DNA of 64,000 nucleotides from Chrysomallon squamiferum (GCA_012295275.1 CM022679.1:27032001-27096000), one strand, 5' to 3'. Shown: positions 35,341 through 50,792, counted from the stretch's first letter. Numbers and translations are program-made. Notes: a model not told the origin generated them from the letters alone.

Positions 35341-35663
35341 AAAATGATGTCTAATAGTTTGACATTTTCCCCAGATATCTTATCTATTCTGGATCTGCTT
35401 ACTTACAGAAAAAACGCAGGTCTCCGTCTTGCTTTAACAATAGAAAAGAACCATAAAACTACCCTGCAAAACTCTCCACTCACCCATACACTCTGTAAAA
35501 TACAAGCCTAAAGTGCAGTAGCTGTACATGCAGTGTTATACGAGATTACACTATTCAGGTTTATAATCATCCGCGTTGCATGTGAAATGCGAAGTCTAGG
35601 TTACTGTGTCAAGACACTGATAGTGTAATTATTAGTCAAGTGGACAAGTGGCTCACACACACC

Positions 35664-35705
<42 letters not shown>

Positions 35706-37471
35706 TGTACACATGCATTAATAATAGATATAAATCAAAAGAAAACTGATACAATAATGGCAATACACATATGGTTGTAAAGTTATAACTCATACACACA
35801 CACACATACATGAAGACACATTCATTATAAATATGGAAAAAAAAAATATATATATATATGTATCATTATAACTTGCAGATACACATACATTAATAACAGA
35901 TGTAAAAACATCATCTATATAACAATATCAGTATACATACTGGTTCACTGTAACTTACATAAAAACACATATGCACACAATTATAAAAAAATAACACTAC
36001 CAGTACAAACTACGTCATATCAGTATAATTCTATGAAACATACACACAGACATTCATAACACCTAAAAATAATCATCTATATAATGGTGTCAGTACACAC
36101 AATTATATCATTATAATTAATACACACACACACACACTCTGATATATGTATACACGCTTATACGTACAATTATAGCAGATATAAAAAGCAGCATTTATAT
36201 AATAATGCCAATACCCATATTGTCACATCATAATTTTACATACACATATAAACATATACATGAACACAATCATAAAGATAGATAAAATATACACTTGGTC
36301 ATATTGTAACTCTCTCTTTCTCTCTCTCTTGTACACCCACAAACAACAACAATAACATTTTTTTTTGTAAAAATCATTAAAACATTTCATCCTTGTAACA
36401 GTATCAATAACGACATTATAAGATATATCATTATCTCAAAAATACACAAATATAATATAAAAGTGCACTGTCTATAATTATAACAGTACCATTACAATTT
36501 ACATATGCTGTTATATCAATACAACTATTTCACACACACATTCCTGACAACTATAAAACGTATCATCTGTATAATAGTGTCAATGTAACACTGTTACTTC
36601 ATTCTTACACACACACATACATTCAAACAGACAGACATTTATAACAGATTATAAAATAAAAGTCTAAATTATAACAACACTGCACATAACTGTTAACAGA
36701 CTGTAACATTTAGGACTACCAAAGTAACACAATCACGATACACGTCAAAGAAACAGCTTTATGGCCTTTATATAGATTTTACGTGACTGCAACACTGAAG
36801 AACACATTAATAATAATAAGAATCACAAATCTGTAACAGGTGTTAAAATATGTAACAAACATTAAATCAGCAGATACACAGTTGTTAATACTATGTAACT
36901 ATAACACAATACAGGAGTTTCATTTAATTAACAAGCCAATAAATAATACAACAAAAAAAAAAAAAAAAAAATGATAGCTTAAAACAACAAGATTTTAAAG
37001 CATAGACTACATTTTTGAGAGTGCATTTGTAGTTAAAATATTTATTTTTCAATCATAACACATTTCATATTTCTTTCAACATTCATCAGAATTTTAAATA
37101 TCCTAAAATATTTTTAAGCAGTTAGATAATACAATTTGGTCTAGGTGTTTTGTATTATTTTAATGACAAAATTTATCAAATATAATCTTTAATAATCTTT
37201 TAATATACACATATATACATATACACACAAACAGATATATATGTTTCAATAATCGCATTGTTTTGTCCTTACAATTTTCTCTTTCATTCAACGTCTATAT
37301 ATAGTTAGTTATATATATATATATATATCTGATATGTGTCAGTACATTAAGAATCAATTATATCATTAAAATTTTCTCTTTCAAACTCACAAATATTTAT
37401 GTGTATGTGTTTGTACATATTATATAGATATATGTACACACAAACACACATGTATGTTATATTGTTATTAT

Positions 37472-37510
<39 letters not shown>

Positions 37511-38114
37511 AAATACATCAGAATATTGTGAATGGGTTAAAAGTTGTTGGTAAATGTAGAAACAATGTAACATGAACAGGGCAACATCCTACACACACAC
37601 ACAAGATACCATCTCAGATAACTGACTTCTATTTACTTTCTGTAACATCTGTATCGAAACCACCTACAGCAATACCAACAAATACAGTCAAAAACATTTT
37701 TGTGTATTTTCACATATTCATATCCTTAAACAAAGAAAGGAGTCAGTGATAAAAATAATACAAGACAATAATGTAACAAATACAATAAGATATGCAGAGG
37801 CAGTGTTCTTTTAATATTTACCCTGATAATTTTATATTGCCTTGTTATGTGATATCAACTGATACATAATATTAACTGATATATTCTATTCCAACCTGTG
37901 GCCATGACTGATACATCAGTGGGTATTTTATGGGGGTTTTTTTGTCTATTGAAAGGCAAATACAGAACATGCTGATAATAAACAGGATCAGGAAGAACAA
38001 TGGCAAAGCAGAAATGCATTTCTTATCAGTATTAACATAACACTGACTAAAATTAATTAATCATTAAACTGCAATAAGCTTAAAACAGAAAGAACAAAAA
38101 TAGAAAATAAAATA

Positions 38115-38145
<31 letters not shown>

Positions 38146-39279
38146 TAAATAATATAAATAAAAATAGAAAATAGAAAATAACTAAATTAAATAAATTAAA
38201 AAAGACAAGAATTATATATATATAAAAAAAACCACTTTGCAATTTTATAAATATGAGCTTTGTTACTACCTCCTTATTCACTTTCTTTTAAAATATTAAG
38301 TTAAATTTCTGAAATGCTGCCACATAATAGAGCTGTACTAATTAAATCATGTTTTATTACTGCAATTCTTTAAAGGCTGATATCCAGCAGCAAAGCAGTC
38401 AGTATGACACAAAGAAAATTTATAACATTAATACATAACATTAACACCAATAGTGCTCTTTTAACAATATGGGTATTTACAAATGTGTGTATTAGCTACA
38501 GAGAGAAACTATGTAAAGCTGATATATTTGATATGTTAATGTTTCTGTGTTAAGAAATGTCAAAAGAGGAAGAAATAATGTAATGTAAATGTCACATAAT
38601 TATTGTCTTATCCACCCGAAAAAAACTGAAAAAAGAAACAGTTCACCAGAATCAAATAAAACATCACTTTGATTTTGAAGAAGACAATGCACTTAGATTA
38701 CAAATAAATAATAAACTGACTATCTAGAAAAGAATTTTTATCATGTAAAAATTACATAGGACATTAAAAGAACCAGGATGCAAAACAAGTTTTTTCTTTG
38801 TAGTTTATCTAAGGCCATAAGGAAAATAGGTTAAATACATTTTACATACTTCCATGTGAGTTTATTTTATTTTTCGTGCTGTCATTTTCTATAAAGAAAT
38901 ATTCCTAATAATAATAATATTAATAATAATAATAATAAATGTCCAAAGGCAAGAGAAAAAGAGAGAGAAAAAAATAGGTCAAATGTTAATAAATAAGATT
39001 GGAAATTATGTTGTGATTCCTTTGTGATTTTCTCTAAATTAACATGCTAGAAAGGCACAAAAATTATTATAAATGTCAACAAAAAATTAAAAATTATAAA
39101 ATATCAAAGTATGTACTCTCTTATTTTTGTTTTGTTTTAAAATACAATTTTTGTTATTATTGAACTCAGTAATGAATATATTTATTATTAAAAAAATAAT
39201 AATAATAACAATAATTGAATAAAAGAATAATAAAATAAAAACTTCTAAAACCATAAAAATGTTACATTTTATTATTAGG

Positions 39280-39850
39280 AAAATCTAAGCGGTACGCTCA
39301 CAAATGTCATATCAACCATACACTTACTTTCAATATTTAGATTTTTGTCTTTTGTTTCTTTACAAAATGTTGTCAGCGTTTCGTTTTCGAAGTTTTATTT
39401 TAAAAGCTACGTAACAATCACATTTGTTTAGTCCCAATCCGGAAGTTATTTTGTGGAAACGACCCTGATTGACACCAGATTCGAGATTGTCCACTTGCCT
39501 TTAAATCGTTATAAATTAAAAACAAGCAAAAACGCAAAAGATCGAATATACTTAAATATCTTACCTCATTCACAACTTAATGGCATAAAAGCGTTTAAAA
39601 ATTTAAATTTTTCTTTGTTTTGTTTCTATCTCGTAACACATGTCTGCAACAATTTCATACAGCCGTTAGAGGGCGCTATACGGCGCCGAGAGTGGGCGGG
39701 GTTTCACTATCGTCTGTTTTTACAGCTGTTAGTTCGGACTGCGCCCAGATTTTGTGACAAAATCCGTTTACTTTTTAACAAAATCTTTTGCGATAATCCA
39801 ACGAAAGATTCGGATGTTAAACGAATGCATCATTATTGGATATTTACTGT
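39280..39850. promoter_or_regulatory. CpG-rich promoter-like island with CCAAT, ETS, CTCF-like and GC-box motifs
   Basis: CCAAT 39434-39438, CCGGAAGT 39439-39446, GCCGTTAGAGGGCGCTA 39662-39678, GTGGGCGGGG 39692-39701. By eye, the highest non-coding CpG density in the window. Confidence 0.65.
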
Positions 39851-39890
39851 CCACATAGTCGATGATAAGAAGGAATAAACAAATATCTAA

Positions 39891-39921
<31 letters not shown>

Positions 39922-41044
39922 AAGACAACATTAAACAGTTTTTATTTTATTTTATTTACATTTTATTGCTGTTGTTACTCCTTATTTTATGACACTGAAA
40001 CAGATACCTACAAACAGCCCCAAAGAAACCCACATGAAAAGACAGGAAGAAAATGTAGAAACTGGCTATTTAATTTTTTATTTGTTTATTTTTTGTCATT
40101 ACTATGTAAGAAGACCGTAATATATAATTCTTAATTTTGTGTTTTACGGTTTATTTATTTATTTATTTTTCCTTTTTTCTTTCTTTTTAAAGAAGCCAAA
40201 AAAAAAAAAAAAAAAAAAAAAAGGTTATGACGTATGTAAATTAGTCATCTTTTTTTTTTTTTTTTAATTATTATTATTATTATTATTTTAATGCTTCACG
40301 CTGTACGACTATGTGCGTAAAAATTAACCTAAATAGGATTGTCGTTTACTATTAGCCTGAAGAAATGAAACGTGGATGAATGAATACAACAACAATAACA
40401 AATACTAAATTTAAAGTATTTCTATTTGATTATTAACATCATCAATTCTTACATATTAAATTATGACTGTAATATATTTATATTGTGTCTGAACCGCTTT
40501 GTGGTTGGGATTGCCTGACAATTGTAAGCATTTCTGTGTGCACCGGTAATCAACTGAAAAAAACAGTTACAGTTCAGTAAAAATACAGAGAAGACTGGTC
40601 ATTTCTTTGTGTGGTTTATACATTTGTGAGGGATTGGGCTAAAAGCACAATCTAAAGATACATAAACACCATTGACGTGATTTTTATTTATAGTAAAGTA
40701 CTTGGGAAATTCCTCCAAAACACGTGGGACATTAAAATATTATAAACACTTTTACTGGTGATTACTTGAGGAATTCAGGACAGTGATGGTCTGCCAGTAT
40801 TGGTCAGGGGTGTGAACTGTTATCTGTATGACTGCGGTGAAAGCAGGAAAAGAAAGAATATCAGGCAATGGAATGGCAAGTTACCCAAAGATCATGCTAA
40901 AGAGGGTTGATTCCATGATATGTCTTACCTCCGCTACTAAATACACCAGTAATAAATAAACAGAAAAACAGGAAAACATAAATGATAAAAAAAAAAAAAA
41001 AAAGAAGAGTGCCTTTGAAGTAAAAGCATGATACATGATTTAGC

Positions 41045-41086
<42 letters not shown>

Positions 41087-41609
41087 TGAATGAGATTATA
41101 TAATTATTTATTTATCCTACTAAATTAAAAAGTTTTCTTTCTTTCTTTCATTCTTTTTATTTTATTTTATTTTTTTACGTTCTATCAACTAGTATTAACA
41201 GAAATAAAAACTATTATATTGTTATCAGCTATAGAAAAGCTGTGCCCATTGTATATGTGTATTTTCAGTGCCATTGTTCTGTGACTAGAATTTAAAATAT
41301 CTATGTTTTCTTGCCTGTTAACAATCCCACCTGTAAAATACATCTCTTGTGTCTAAGTCAAAAAATCCATCATATTGTAACAGGGATTACTTTTATATTG
41401 TTAATACGACAAAATCACAATCCATAACTAATCTCCATGATCATTAACAACATGCAGATGCATATCAGTAGACAACCAGTCCTGTCATTAACAGGATTTC
41501 TGCATTTAAATGTTTCTAAAATTACACTGTCCACTGCTGCAGGTGACATTTATTGTAGCAGAATGTAAAACAGACATCCTGACCTTCCAGTTATAATTAA
41601 AGTTGTCTG

Positions 41610-41910
41610 TCGGCCATCTTTGTTTTTCCAAACATTTCATAATAGAATAAAACTTGTTTCAATGACCATCTTTGTTCTTCTGAATTGTTCAGAACAGAAC
41701 AAAATGAATGTAAACATGTTCCAATGGCCAGTTTTTTTTTCTCCCAAACTATCCAGTATTGAATAAAATGATCTAAATTTGTTTCATCAGCTCCCTTTCT
41801 TCTCCCATACTGTCTAATATGATATTGTCTAAACTTGTTCCAGTGACCATCTTTGTTCTTCCAAATTGACTAATACAGAACAGACTGATCTGTATCAAAT
41901 GACCATGTAT
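41610..41910. repeat. Degenerate ~60-bp tandem repeat
   Basis: Recurrent 'aaacttgttcca.tgaccatctttgttcttccaaa'. Confidence 0.6.
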
Positions 41911-41987
41911 CTAATGGAAAATACTTCCTTTCCATGGCTGCTTAACACAAGTTTGACAATGTTTCAAGAGTTTTATATAACGATTAA

Positions 41988-42046
<59 letters not shown>

Positions 42047-42854
42047 ATCTAAACAAATATTTTTATTTATGTTTTTGCAGGTAACACCATAAACAGAATT
42101 GATCGGAGAAATGGATAACAGGGAGAGATAAGGAGAAAATAGGGAAGTCTTCTATCAAAAAAACAAACTATGATCTATGCAAGGTCTTCAGTGTCTTATG
42201 CTGTTTTTAGTAAACAAGATACCCTGAATAGATAGCTCCTTTCATTCAACAATATTTTATACATCATTTTTTTTTTTTTTTTACTTTGTACGTTGTGTAC
42301 TATTATGTATAATATAATTATATATTTCTCTATGCGAAATGTGACATTATAGATAACTATTTCATACATCTATCTATCTATAGATAGATAGATATATATT
42401 TTTTTATCCCGAACATGATATATATTTGTCGGCAATGCAAATTTGTTCACTGCTTGCAGAATAATTTAATAATTTGGTAACGTAACATAGATATCACATT
42501 TTTTTATTGATATTAACTCAGCTGTGAAGAAGATTTATTCTGTGAGAAGAAATAATAAATGTATTTTTAATTTCCTCATATTATTTACACACTAGCGTGA
42601 CGCTGTCAACTGAAGTTTAAAATCTTTGTGCAAAGCGGTATCAAATTACTACAAATTTGGTTTACATCAATTTCAAATCATTTATGACAGTTGTGTGTAG
42701 AGTGACATGCCTAATCTGTTGTGTTATGAATAATGAAATCCTCTCAGTTACATAGGTGTAGTTCTAGGTGAGTGGTTGTCAAGGAGATTTGGATTCTCTC
42801 CCTCTTATCTCCTTACAATTTGTTCTAATTAGTTTTCATTTATTTTAAAGTACA

Positions 42855-42957
<103 letters not shown>

Positions 42958-44199
42958 TATTTATATATGCCACTGTAATGTTGGTAAACGTCTATCTCTC
43001 CTGTTATCAGAGACCTCATCTCCAGCACAATGCATTAAACATTACTGTACTGACAATGCACCAAGTTATCATACATATTGTATGTAAGTCCAGTTGTTAT
43101 TGATATGGCAACCAGTGGTAAGGATCAATAATAAGTATAAAGGAGTTTAACTGAATAAAAAAAGATTTCAATACTAATGTTTGTGTAATATTTATTTATA
43201 TTAAATAACAGCATAACAAACATATATGTCACCAAGTTGAATAAATTAACTTAAGTTATACATACACTTACATATGTATATATATATATATGTACAAATG
43301 TAATAATACCACAGTGGAATGGAATAAGCCTGTATGATAAATATGTGTAACAGAATCAGAATCAGAAATTGTGATTTATATATGTGATTTAAAAAAATAG
43401 GCATTAATAATAATATAATAGTAATAATAATAATTAAAAATCAAAAAAAAAAAAACAAAAAATAATCTCACAAACTCAATTACTGTACCAAAAAGGTAAT
43501 TAATTATTTATATATTTATGAATGAAAACAGTGACACCACAAAAAAAACAAGAGTGAAAAAAGAATATATATAAATTATATAGTGCTGGAACACTGACAA
43601 TTAAGAAAATAATAATAATAATAATAAAATCTGTAATAATAACAACAATAATAACTGTAATAATAATAAAAATTATAATTACTGAAAACATTGCCTTTAA
43701 CAAAATCTCCAACAATTATTGATTGTAAGCATTAACTTAAACATGTGACTGAAAACATCAGCATTAACACAGTCGTACAGATCACATAACTTTATTGTTT
43801 CTATCAATTATTTGCAAGAGTGACATTTAATTTTAATCAACAGCAACAATAAATCACAAAAAAGAATAATTAAATTTGATTAAAAAAAATAAATATAAAG
43901 CAGCTTCAGAATGTATATTTATCAAGTGTGACATCATTTTTAACATGAACATCAACTTTTCAACCAAAGAACATAGAGTCGGGGTTAAAAAACACATTAA
44001 AACAACAAAAAAATAAATAATAATAATGAGTAACAGTGGAAAATAAAACTAAATAAATGCAAATGGTAAACATCACAACAGTATAGATAACATAATAAAC
44101 AATAAATAATGATTGCTAAGTTACCAGAACAACAAAGGTTTAACAACTTGACACAGTAAAATAGTTATAATGAGGTAAGAGGTAAAATGACAAAGCTAT

Positions 44200-44630
44200 A
44201 CAATGGAAACTGAATATTCAGGGAAACAAAAATGTTGATAATTTAGATGAAATTTGACTATTCAGGGTAAAAATAAAAAAAAATAAAAGTGAACTTGAAA
44301 TAGAGTATTCATGGTAACAAAAAATGTTAGTATTTCAGGTGAAACTGTATATTCAGGGAAACATAAATGTTGATAATTCAGTTGAAATAGAATATTCAGG
44401 GTAAAAATTGTTGATAAATCACTAGAAACTGAATATTCAGGGTAAAAAATATTCTATTTCTAATGAATTAACAACATTTATGTTACTCTAACTAATGTTT
44501 ATAATTCACATCAAACTGCATATTGAGAGTAACAAAAATATTGAAATTATATATTCAGGATAAGACTGATATACTCTGATCATTCATTTGAAACTTATCG
44601 TTAGGCTAAATGTTGATACTTCAACTGAAA
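44200..44630. repeat. Degenerate ~43-bp tandem repeat in the SNX14 3' UTR
   Basis: Recurrent 'gaaactgaatattcagggtaaaaa...tgttgataatt'. Confidence 0.65.
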
Positions 44631-45201
44631 TTGTGACAATAAGGATAACAACAACTGACTGTGTATTTGTGAAAGTACAGACCAAGTCAGTTCAGAATTT
44701 ACATCAAATCTATTACATGTAGTTAACTGTTGACTTAAATTAATGTTGATTTATAACCTATTTGTTTCATTACTGGCTGGTTTTGATGATAAATTTTATA
44801 CTAGAATAAAGTGTACAGACTGAATATTTTAATAATGTATTGACAAATACTGTACATCATTTTCTTTTATGAGTTGTAAAGTAACTTTTACATTATACTA
44901 ATGTATTTACTGAATCTTTTTATCATTTTCTTGTACAAAAATTATGAAATGTTTTTTATATTAACAACCATATTTACTGCCACTTTTTATCATTGTTTTT
45001 TTATATAAAAATAATAAAATACTTTTTACATTACAATAATGCATTTGCTGACACTCTTTTCCATAAGAGTAACAAAAAATTATTTTGTGTGTTAGTGATA
45101 TTCTGGCAGACAGTCTAGTTTTCTCATCAGTGAGTAGAAGTATTGTTTCTTCAAGTAAAATAACACACTGAGAGACACACAGACAGAACAATGACATATT
45201 C

Positions 45202-48200
45202 TCATGCAAGACCAGGAGATGGTGTTTCTCGAAGTTCAGGAAACAATTCTTGTATGACAATGTCAAACAGTACGTAAGACAGCTGAAAAAAAAACAAAAC
45301 AAAACATAAACAATTACTGTCAACAGACATCAACAATTCTACTATCAAATTTACTCAGTTATCTTTAGCCCAAAATTATCAGGGTTTTGTATTCCATCTT
45401 ACATAAAAAAAGAAAAGATCAGTTATAATAACAAAACCTTAGTTTGCCTTTGATTAGCCATTTATCATTAAAAAGATAAATAAAATTTAGTTCTATACTA
45501 TTATTAGTTATCATGAAATCAGTGTTTAGAATATATGAATGAAGTTCTTATGGTTAATCTGTATAATTTAAATGTCAGTCTCTTTATTATATGAGCTATG
45601 CACTGACCTGGAATACAAACGGAACATCCCTCTTTGAAAGGACAAATGAGTATAAAGAAGTGACCTATATTTCATTGACTAACAGAATGTGAGCGGTTTA
45701 GTTTGCAATTGTTCTGACAGCATGCTGAGATCCCTAGTATTACTACATAAAGACTTCATGTGTTATTTAATATATTATTACTGCACATCCATGTTTAACA
45801 AAACAAACAGTGCCTGCTGTTGTGTCACTGATGTCTGTCAAAACAGACATTAATGTGCAAGCTGAAAAATGTGCATCAACATACATCATGACTTCCTTTT
45901 CATAATTCACATTCATTCACATATCCAGTTGTTTCTTATTTTTGTTTTCAGTGAGACCTGGGTTGTAATTTATTGTCAGAGCACATGAATGAAGGCAACA
46001 GGCTGCTGGATCGTTTCTCATGAATGTATTCACTGAAATATTTCACATTCCACTCAGTGCTCCATATTCTAGACTATCAAGTGTGATTATGAAAAAGTGT
46101 TTATAAATGATCTGTTGCTAGCAATCAGTAAATGTATCAACAGCTCATTAAATAATGGGTTTTCTTTGTAATGTTCCTCTTTCAAAAATGATTTTCTTTC
46201 TCCAATAAATCAGTGCATATAAACTTTATTATTTGTACTTTTCTTTTACCACTAAATCTGTGAATATAAGCTATTTGTCCATTAAGATGCAGTTTATAAA
46301 CACATATTCAAAATTTTATTAAATATTTCTAACAAGTGACAGTTAAGAACAGCTGATGTAACTTACCTGTTTGTTAAGTTTGGGTTGCTGTAAAAGATTA
46401 AGAAGGTAACGAGTACCAGCTTCATGATTTTTGGTTCCAACCACCGACACAAAGGCTCCTGAAACAAATAATCATATTCTTACTGAACAGGAAATATAAA
46501 TTTTTCCAGAAATAATTTCACTTTACTCCTAGAGGCTGTTAATATATTTTCCTGATTATGGAGAGGTGTATTTAAATACGTGCTTACTGCTAATAATAGT
46601 AGGGCTTCTCTCTCATTTCATTACCATATCAAATGTTTGTGATTTACTGATTATTAATAAATCATTACAAATAAAGAGTGTTGAAGTGTTATTAAATAAA
46701 AATTGATTCACTGTTTCTTACGTGGAATGAAATCTAATGATCCCTGTAAAGCTTTCTCAAAACGTTCCTTTTTCTGTTCATCAGTTCTATAAACCAAAAA
46801 CAAACAGAAAACATCAGTTTCTATATTTAAATATAAACACAGTAATTTATTATCCAGTCTAAAATAAAATGACAACAATAAAAAATTTAATAAAATAAAA
46901 AGAGAAACACTAAACAGAACACGAATTATAAGAATAAACTTGAAACTCAAATGTAAAAAGATTAGTTTATTCTCAGTAAGGTAATAACAAAGTAACAATT
47001 ACTGAAGCAGTTATTTTAACTAATAAAAAAACAAAATTAATAAAAATAGTTATATTTACCTAGGAGGATCAGTATCAAAGAACAGAATGTCTGAAAAAAA
47101 CAACATTTAAGATTTAAAATAAAAATTTATATATCACATATGTAAAATATAAAAATCCAATATATTTAAGACAATTAAGTGGTAAAAATTGGTTGACAAG
47201 TGATTGTTACTTATTAATGAGGATAATTTTTGATTCTGTCACTGAACTGTTTGAAAATTCTTTTTATGGGCATAACAGTCTCATGAGAAAATTCTTCCTA
47301 GAAGAGAGGGTGATGGGTCAAGTCACATAAAAAATATACAAGCTACTTAACAAAGGTATATTGCCTGTAACAGACCTGCTTTCTACAAAGGGTGAGCATA
47401 GACTTTTTACACACTGGTCAAATCAAAAAACAAAAATAATAACAACATGCTAATTAACAAAGGTATATCTGTAATGGACCCACTTTCTGTTATGGGTAAC
47501 CACAAACTTTTTCCATACTGGCCAAGTCAAATAAAAAATACACAATCTAATTAATCACCATATACTGGTGTAATGGTCTCCCTTTCAGTGATAGGTGAGG
47601 ACAGATTTTATACAGATTGGTCAAGTCACAAAATATACATGCTAATTAATCAAGATATATCTGTAATGGTCCCATTTTCAATAATGGGTGAGGACAGATT
47701 TTTTTACACACTGGTGGTGGTTTAATTCCCCACCTACTAGATCTGGCCATTAACAAGTGTACAACTCACCTCTAAGTAAATGAATGAGACCGATCACTCT
47801 ATGCTCCTGACTGACCTGATCAAGCCTGACACTGAGATACCACTCGAGGTAACTCTCCACTGTAGTTTTACCAATGATTTTAAACGTCATCAGAATGTGG
47901 TGAAACCAGTCAGGGATGTTGTAAACATGGCGGGCTGCAAATTAAACCAGTAAAACTGATAATGATGTCACAATGTACTCACACTACAGAGAATAAGTAC
48001 ACGGGATTAACTTGTAGAAATTTAGAGTGAAAATAGAATGGTTATAGATATGTATAAGTATTACACAGAGGAGGAACACAACTGCATTCTACATCAGTGT
48101 AAAACAGAGATAAGACATGTAAATGAAATCAATGGATCATGAACCATTCCTATACTCTAATAAAATAACCTATTGATTTTATGACCAACTGCTTCTCAGT

Positions 48201-50748
48201 GAATGATTACCAACCACATTCTATATCAATGTAAAATAGTGATGAGATGAATCCTGATCCACATAACCGTAGCTTAATCTGTTGCTTTTATGACCATCTC
48301 TTTCTAAAAGAAATTCTAACACTAAACTATGAAGCACTCTCTACATCAATGTAAAAAAGATGAAATATGTAAATGATACCTTAGAATAAAATTTTATGAC
48401 CATCTCTTTCTAAATCAAGCCTAACACTAAATTACCAATCAATGTAAAACAGACGAGATGAAAAGATAAATAAATACTTACCAACATAAACTAGAGAATC
48501 AAAGGGACCTTCCACTTCACCAGTGTTAGCAGGGACATCAGTCTTAGGACTTGGACCTCCGAAACCACAGCCAGAATTGTTCTCAAATATCGTACAACAC
48601 ATCTGAAACAAAGAAAATATTTTACATTATAGCAAGTAGATGAGAGAAAAAAAGAGATGAGAGGATAAAAAGGCAAATCATTTCATGTGAGGGATATTTA
48701 AAAATTACTTAATTATTTATAAGCTTAAAACAAGAGAGGAAACAGAGAAAAAAAGGAAGTTTATGAATCATCGTAATTAAATCTTTATTATAGCAGTGTT
48801 CTTCTGACTATCTTTTCATAACATTAATAAATATATATTAACTAACTCTGAATACAGGCAAAAATTTAATTTATTATTTTTTTACATTTTCATCATTGTT
48901 ATTAGCATTGCTTCATCACTGACATCATCATCATTATTATTATCATTATTATCATTATTTTTACCTTCTCACTAGAAGTGGATCTCTGGGATGTATCTGA
49001 TCCTCTTCTTTCTACCTTACTGGAAAAAATAAAAAACAAAAAATAAAAACAAATAATAACTGATCTAAAATATTATCTTTATCTCTTTTTAATAAGTGAA
49101 AAACATATTACTACCGGAAGTGCTATTACTAATATTTTCTTACCTGTATCAAATAACAACTTTAATTACAACGGATGTTTGAAATAACTGTCTTTTGCTA
49201 CACTTTTGTGCATTCGTGCACATGTGTAAGTATGAATAAACCAGTAGTACTTCATACTGAAATATATAAACGTACAGGCTATGATGTAGAGTTACCTACC
49301 CTGGTCTTGGTTTATGAGCTTCTGTTGAGGTCATGAATGCTTGCAGAAATGGATCCAAATGCTGTCCTTTCTGATTTAAAAAAAAATTAATGCAGACATT
49401 TATGTACTATATTTAAAATCACTTTAACTAAACATTGCTAAAAAAATAATAATAATAAAATAAAATAAAAATAAAATTAAAACATGGTTCTCAAAATGGT
49501 TCTCTCTTTCCTCATATTAGATATAACCAATACAAGACAAATTACTTTGTATGTACAAAATAACAGAAGTGCATAGCAATCTATTCAAAAATTAAAATAT
49601 TAAATAAATACTAAAATAGAGTAAAAATCAGATAAATAAAAATATACTTACTTCTTTGACTAGTTTCATTGGCATAGACTTGACAATCTTCCCTGAAGTT
49701 TAATAAAAAATGTTGTTTAAACATTATCAGTATTTTCAATTTCACAGTATTATTTCAAAACAAAATCAATGTCGTATGATTTACAGAATTAATTCTTGAC
49801 ATGTAAAACAAAACCACATTCTAACTTTAACTTGATGAAGCAATCACTCTTTTGCTTTAAACATCTCTGTAAAGATGCTTGCGATAAATTTAATTTAAGT
49901 TTCTTAATATTTTATGTTTTCTAACATTTTATAAGTTAGTGCTTATTACAAACTTAACATCACAAAACACAGTGACTTTGATACATTTTTAATATTATTT
50001 TAACAATGAAGTGAAGACAACAATGTGCACATCAAGTGATATACCAAGATTTATGTCTGGCAGAAAACTTGTTGTGAATTCATCTTGTGATGTCAAAAAC
50101 CGGAATAACAATTGGCTTCCTCTTAGATGGGGTTTAATTAACAGTTTCTGAAATATAAAGTGTTAAGTAAAAATATATCTGTGAAAGGGTAAATAACCTA
50201 AATACATAATTATACATTTACATATGATTGTTGTAAAACAAAGTGTTAAGTAATAAAATATATCTGTGACTGACTAAATCTCCTACAACATGATTTATAA
50301 ATATACAAATGTTTGTTTTACTAGTTCTGTATAAAAATTAACTTAGGATTTTGGATAGTCTAAACAAATAATAGCCTATGTACATATGTTTTTAGACTGA
50401 TTGTTTTAACTTGTTTCTTATGAAAAGGAACTTACAATAGTGCTTACAAGAAACCTAACATATATCTGGTATGCTTCTAGGTGTTTTTTCTTTCTCATAT
50501 TTTCTTCATCAATAACCAACCTTTACTACTGATAAAGTTGTTAAAAGTAGCAACATTCAAATTATGCTAATTCTCCCTTAATATTCATTTTGTTATTATG
50601 CTGAGAATATTCCAGCACTGCTTTAGTAACATTTATTAAAACTGGTAAATCTTCAAAATCAGAGTTTTAAAATGAATATTTTATATATGCATTTACATGT
50701 GTACACTTTTTTTTGTTTACATTTGTATGTCTATATGTGTGTATCTAC

Positions 50749-50792
<44 letters not shown>

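Noticed and set aside
39453-39878. 141-aa ORF across the CpG island
   Set aside because: It starts at GTG, has no recognisable domain, and overlaps promoter motifs; probably a chance ORF.
40786-40960. Possible selenoprotein-like TGA read-through (MVCQYWSGV-TGA-TVICMTAVK...)
   Set aside because: No redox motif or SECIS recognised; in-frame continuation is expected by chance one time in three.
49144-49257. Extra SNX14 exon with AG and GT borders
   Set aside because: It would need a 42-nt upstream intron and contains an in-frame TAA; the flanking exons join correctly without it.
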